Assembly (NCBI GenBank): GCA_051251915.1
Contig: JBPOGF010000006.1
Span: 117,285 to 181,284, forward strand
DNA: 64,000 bases
Reading direction: 5' to 3'
Source: Akkermansiaceae bacterium
GTDB taxonomy: Bacteria > Verrucomicrobiota > Verrucomicrobiia > Verrucomicrobiales > Akkermansiaceae
Shown here one piece after another: positions 60,733 through 64,000 of the stretch. Position 1 is the first letter of the stretch. Each line of letters starts with the position of its first letter. Under the pieces are notes generated by a model that was given only the letters and a program-made list of their open reading frames with translations, did not search any database and was not told the DNA's origin. A program made the translations under genes and the position numbers.

Positions 60733-62031
60733 TTAGCTTGATGGCGTGCAGGACTTACTCATATCTAACGGGCTCCGGACTCCGCATCCATTTTGGCCTT
60801 TTGCTACGTGGGTGTAGATTTCTGTTGTCTTTACGTCGGCATGCCCGAGTAGATCCTGGATGGTCCGTAGATCTGCTCCGCTTTCTAGTAGGTGAGTGGC
60901 GAAGCTGTGTCTTAGTGCGTGAGTGGTTACCCGTTTTGCGATTTTAGCGGCACGTGCGGCTTTGACTACAGCGGTGCCATATGAGCTGGGGTGGATATGA
61001 TGTCTGCGGATAATGCCAGATGTAGGGGCTTTCGATTCATGGTCTGCAGGAAAGATCCAGAACCATTCCCAGCTTATTGCCGCCTTTGGCATTTTGCGCA
61101 TGAGGGCGTTAGGAAGGGCAACACCAGCGGCACGATTCGCTCTGTCCTCAACATGGATTTTTCTGGCATATTCTATCTGTATTTTGAGTGCTTCTTTTAG
61201 GATCTGGGGAATGATGGTTACTCTATCTCTGTCTCCTTTTCCTTGTCTGATGGTTAGCGTGTCACGATCAAGATCTACGTCCTTGATGCGTAAATTCACT
61301 AGTTCACTTACTCTCAATCCAGCACCGTATTGTAGTTCTGCTTGTAATTTATACTTAGGTTCTAGTTTTTCGATTAGCCGCATCACTTCTCTTTTAGATA
61401 AGACCACAGGAATACGTGGAGGGCGTTTGCGCATTTTTACACCAAGATCTATTTCTTCTAAGCCACAGACATCTTTAAAGAAAAATACTAAGGCATTGAG
61501 TGCTTGCTTCTGGGTGGAAAAGCTTACCTGTGTTTCGCTCACTAACTTAGCCAGCCAGTCCTTAGCTCTGGCAGGTTCTTGGGCCTCTTGAGGAGTCTTT
61601 ACAGTGGCTCCGAATCTAGCGACCCAGCCTCCATAGGTTTTGCGGGTGCGCCATGCTAGACCTCGTCTTGAGCCTACTTTATCCACCGCTTGCATCATAC
61701 GCTCGCTGAGGCTTATGGGTTTTACTCCTTTTGAATCACAGAGTTCTAGCCAGGCTAAATACCAGCGTATTGCCTCTGTCCAATGATCGAGTTGCCAGCT
61801 TTCCCTTTCTTTAGAAAGCACCGTCTCTCGCCAGAACCTTGCCGCGGAGTCTCGATTAGGCATTAGACTAGAAGCTAGCCTCCAGCTCTCAAACCAATTA
61901 AGAAGAAAGCCAATGGATTCCTTCTCATTATTGTTAAGATCCCTACTGTGATCAAGATCATCACGCCAATCTGCAATTTGATTATAATTGTTCATGTGAG
62001 CACTGTTCATTAGATTAAGTGGTGAGGTCAA
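60733..62031 (-). CDS. intI: Integron integrase (tyrosine recombinase); start may be ATG 62010 or 61995
   Basis: YGAGLRVSE, GKGDRDR, HALRHSFATHLL, LLGH and TTEIYTH, plus the integron-specific insert V.LP.AL.RK.P.A...W.W.W.FP...RRHH. Confidence 0.96.
   Translation of the reverse strand: MTSPLNLMNSAHMNNYNQIADWRDDLDHSRDLNNNEKESIGFLLNWFESWRLASSLMPNRDSAARFWRETVLSKERESWQLDHWTEAIRWYLAWLELCDSKGVKPISLSERMMQAVDKVGSRRGLAWRTRKTYGGWVARFGATVKTPQEAQEPARAKDWLAKLVSETQVSFSTQKQALNALVFFFKDVCGLEEIDLGVKMRKRPPRIPVVLSKREVMRLIEKLEPKYKLQAELQYGAGLRVSELVNLRIKDVDLDRDTLTIRQGKGDRDRVTIIPQILKEALKIQIEYARKIHVEDRANRAAGVALPNALMRKMPKAAISWEWFWIFPADHESKAPTSGIIRRHHIHPSSYGTAVVKAARAAKIAKRVTTHALRHSFATHLLESGADLRTIQDLLGHADVKTTEIYTHVAKGQNGCGVRSPLDMSKSCTPSS
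61989..62017. promoter_or_regulatory. Tandem putative Verrucomicrobia-type LexA boxes at the intI start
   Basis: TGTTC-ATGT-GAGCA (61989-62002, 1 mismatch) and TGTTC-ATTA-GATTA (62004-62017, 2 mismatches) against TGTTC-N4-GAACA. Confidence 0.6.
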
Positions 62032-62264
62032 CAGAAAAACATATCCTTATAAAGTGCTGATAGTTAATATAGAGTGAAAGAGTGATATGCTAAAGTAAAA
62101 TATCAGAAGTGAAGGAAATCTAAAATATAAGCAGATTTAGAATAAAAATAGCTTGCCTGAAATGGAGATGTTCACTATTAATAACTCACTAAAATTAATA
62201 TGCCTATGAAAATAAAGACACTCAATTTTCAACCTCAAATCACCCCGCTGAATATCAGCTAGGC

Positions 62265-62287
62265 GTGAACTAATAATACTGTTCTCC
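62265..62287 (+). other. attI recombination site (crossover G|TT at 62281/62282)
   Basis: GTTCTCC (62281-62287) precedes the first cassette ORF and is the exact complement of GGAGAAC at that cassette's end. Confidence 0.8.
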
Positions 62288-62291
62288 TAAA

Positions 62292-62888
62292 ATGAATTAT
62301 CTAATGCCTGTTCTAACGGGGTTTCTCTTACTCAGTATGGTTAGCTGTAAAAAGAGTGCCTTAGTTACCGAAGGTAAAGCAAATACCTTGACCGAGTTAG
62401 CTCCTGAGCGAGAGAAGAAAGCAGAAGTTAGCAAATCGAGATATTTTAGACTTAAATCTGACACTTATAACTGGGGCACAGATGATGACACATGGATCTA
62501 CGCAGATGACACATATAAAGTGCTTTCATACGATCCTCAATCAGGAGAATTTTTGAAGAGAAGAACAGGTTTATGTAATGGACTGTATAAGAAATTAGTC
62601 ACTAGAGTAGAATCTGAAGAAGCGTGGGGACTTTGGAATAGGGATCCGAGAATTGAGCAGGAATTGAGTGTTGGAGGCACTGGAATAATTGGTGGTACAC
62701 ATTTATCAATCGAGTTTAGAGATTCAGACAGCCGAGTCATGATTGCTGAATGTGATAATCCTGTGATTACCGTTAAACGTGTATCGAAGCATCTATCTTC
62801 ACCTCCAGGGAAAAGCCTCGTCTTATTTTCAGATTTAGTTGAGAGTATACGTACAGCAACAAAAAAACGGGAGAACAAATCGCAGTAG
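62292..62888 (+). CDS. Integron cassette 1: hypothetical lipoprotein
   Basis: 198 aa; lipobox-like LLLSMVSC; stop codon lies inside attC1. Confidence 0.85.
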   Translation: MNYLMPVLTGFLLLSMVSCKKSALVTEGKANTLTELAPEREKKAEVSKSRYFRLKSDTYNWGTDDDTWIYADDTYKVLSYDPQSGEFLKRRTGLCNGLYKKLVTRVESEEAWGLWNRDPRIEQELSVGGTGIIGGTHLSIEFRDSDSRVMIAECDNPVITVKRVSKHLSSPPGKSLVLFSDLVESIRTATKKRENKSQ

Positions 62889-62996
62889 CCAACCCCAGAC
62901 GGCGCCTTTTTAGCTAAGCTTTTATGACAACTCTAACCTCAATCAAGTTACTACCATCGCTCTTCCGTCAGGGGTGGCTATGCTAGGACGTTCTGC
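62870..62996 (+). other. attC site 1 (127 bp)
   Basis: R'' GGAGAAC; left arm GCA(G)TAGCCA(A)CCCCAGACGG pairs with right arm CCGTCAGGGGTGGCTATGC (extra bases G and A); R' GTTCTGC. Confidence 0.92.
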
Positions 62997-63008
62997 AAAG
63001 AAATTGCC

Positions 63009-63443
63009 GTGATTCAGACACCAGATTTTATGCTCGGCACATGGTTTATCGGCGACATCGGTTGTGTCCCCGACGAAGATGGAATCCTCGTGATGCTAGC
63101 GGAAGGTCGAGCAATCCAATTTCCGTCGTCGATCACTAGGCCTCAGAGGAATCTAATCCACAGACTTTGGTATTCCTGTCCGGATGCGAACTCGATTCAA
63201 TTTAGGGGGAGTCCACAGGCAGACGGGTGGATACGCTACGTCGAGAGAACATCAACTGGATGGAGCATGATATCCGAGGATCGGGGCGAACGGCGAGTAT
63301 TCCCGTGCAGACGAGCAAGAATCGAGGATCTGCCCGAGTGGCACACGGAGATGCTAGAGTACCACCTCGCGAAGATGGACGCGCTAGAACAAAATAAAGA
63401 AGCAGAACAAGGCGGAGATGGCGACGCCGAGGAAGCCGTCTGA
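63009..63443 (+). CDS. Integron cassette 2: hypothetical protein
   Basis: 144 aa, GTG start shortly after R'; the C-terminus reads through the left arm of attC2. Confidence 0.8.
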   Translation: MIQTPDFMLGTWFIGDIGCVPDEDGILVMLAEGRAIQFPSSITRPQRNLIHRLWYSCPDANSIQFRGSPQADGWIRYVERTSTGWSMISEDRGERRVFPCRRARIEDLPEWHTEMLEYHLAKMDALEQNKEAEQGGDGDAEEAV

Positions 63444-63490
63444 TTAAATTTGGAGTTTGCCCCGGCGCCGCCATTCCTATAACGTTGGAT
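63402..63490 (+). other. attC site 2 (89 bp)
   Basis: R'' GCAGAAC (complement of GTTCTGC); left arm GGA(G)ATGGCGACGCCGAGG pairs with CCCCGGCGCCGCCATTCC; R' GTTGGAT. Confidence 0.92.
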
Positions 63491-63926
63491 CAGTTTAGAA
63501 ATTCAAGACCCCAGTTATAGATTCAAACCCTAGTCGAGAAGTATTCAGTGGAGAATATACAAAGAAAATGAATTCCAAGTGTCTGCTGATAAACATACGC
63601 TTGGAAAAGATCTTAGATCGTAGTGAAATCTCAGATTGGGGAAAGAAGACGAACGAAGCATTTAGGATTTTAGGCGATAGTTGAATCTCTCAGCAGAAAA
63701 AATAGAGCGTATCGAAGAATCAAGAGTTTTGGAACGATAGCAGGATCTTGAAGAGAAAGAGAAGCGAGTCGAAGAATCAGAGACTTCAGACAATTTTGGG
63801 ATCTTGAAGCGGAGAAGGAAGATTGATGAAGATGCTGGAACGAAACGATCAGACTGAGAAATATCACCCTACTTTGATTATTACACCACAAGCGGCTAAG
63901 CCGTTTAACCTATTAAAAAATCCAAC
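63485..63926 (+). other. Integron cassette 3: apparently gene-less cassette
   Basis: Begins TTGGAT and ends ATCCAAC (63920-63926, complement of GTTGGAT). The forward ATG ORFs found by hand are only 38 and 35 aa. Confidence 0.7.
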
Positions 63927-64000
63927 AAGATAGAATGAGAAGGTAGTCGAGGTCGCTCCAGCGATCTGGTATTCTACCATCTTATGAAAACGTCAAATTA
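63920..64000 (+). other. Left part of attC site 3 (probably truncated by the window end, or degenerate)
   Basis: R'' ATCCAAC followed by AAGAT like the other sites (AAC-AAATC, AAC-AAGGC); internal hairpin AGGTCGCT-CC-AGCGATCT; no closing GTT in the window. Confidence 0.55.

Larger units (their letters stand above)
60733..64000. mobile_element. Chromosomal integron (intI, attI, at least three cassettes; array probably continues beyond the window)
   Basis: intI is divergent from the cassettes, and each cassette's leading GTTnnnn is exactly complemented by its trailing nnnnAAC. Confidence 0.93.

Noticed and set aside
63670..63891. 73-aa minus-strand ORF as the gene of cassette 3
   Set aside because: Non-ATG start and low-complexity S/L/F content expected from the pyrimidine-rich strand. 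An inverted cassette gene cannot be fully excluded.
63985..64000. AAAACGTC (GTC at 63992) as the closing R' of attC3
   Set aside because: It is not GTT, and the L-box spacing does not match attC1 or attC2; the true end may lie beyond the window.

Overview
A 64-kb bacterial chromosomal window, most likely from a Verrucomicrobiota genome (Verrucomicrobiales-like). The assignment rests on a MurC-MurB fusion, a PVC-type CxxCH heme protein, a DUF1552/DUF1592 pair and ThuA-domain proteins. Most of the window is housekeeping: thiC with a TPP riboswitch, gltX, aroE, hisF, gatB, a murG-murC/B-ddl-ftsQ-ftsA-menC cluster, murU/amgK-like recycling genes and argB. There are three accessory zones. (1) A vapBC toxin-antitoxin pair at the left edge. 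(2) An island at about 2.7-10.7 kb with an XRE regulator, a 1702-aa STAND (Avs-like) NTPase and a YhcG/DUF1016 nuclease gene that carries four related 29-bp palindromes inside and upstream of its own coding sequence. (3) A chromosomal integron at the right edge: a long IntI with tandem Verrucomicrobia-type LexA-like boxes, attI, two complete attC sites with non-canonical R boxes, and a third cassette with no convincing gene, built partly from degenerate ~57-bp tandem repeats. No rRNA, tRNA or CRISPR array was seen. All calls come from reading the sequence and recalled motifs; no database searches were run.
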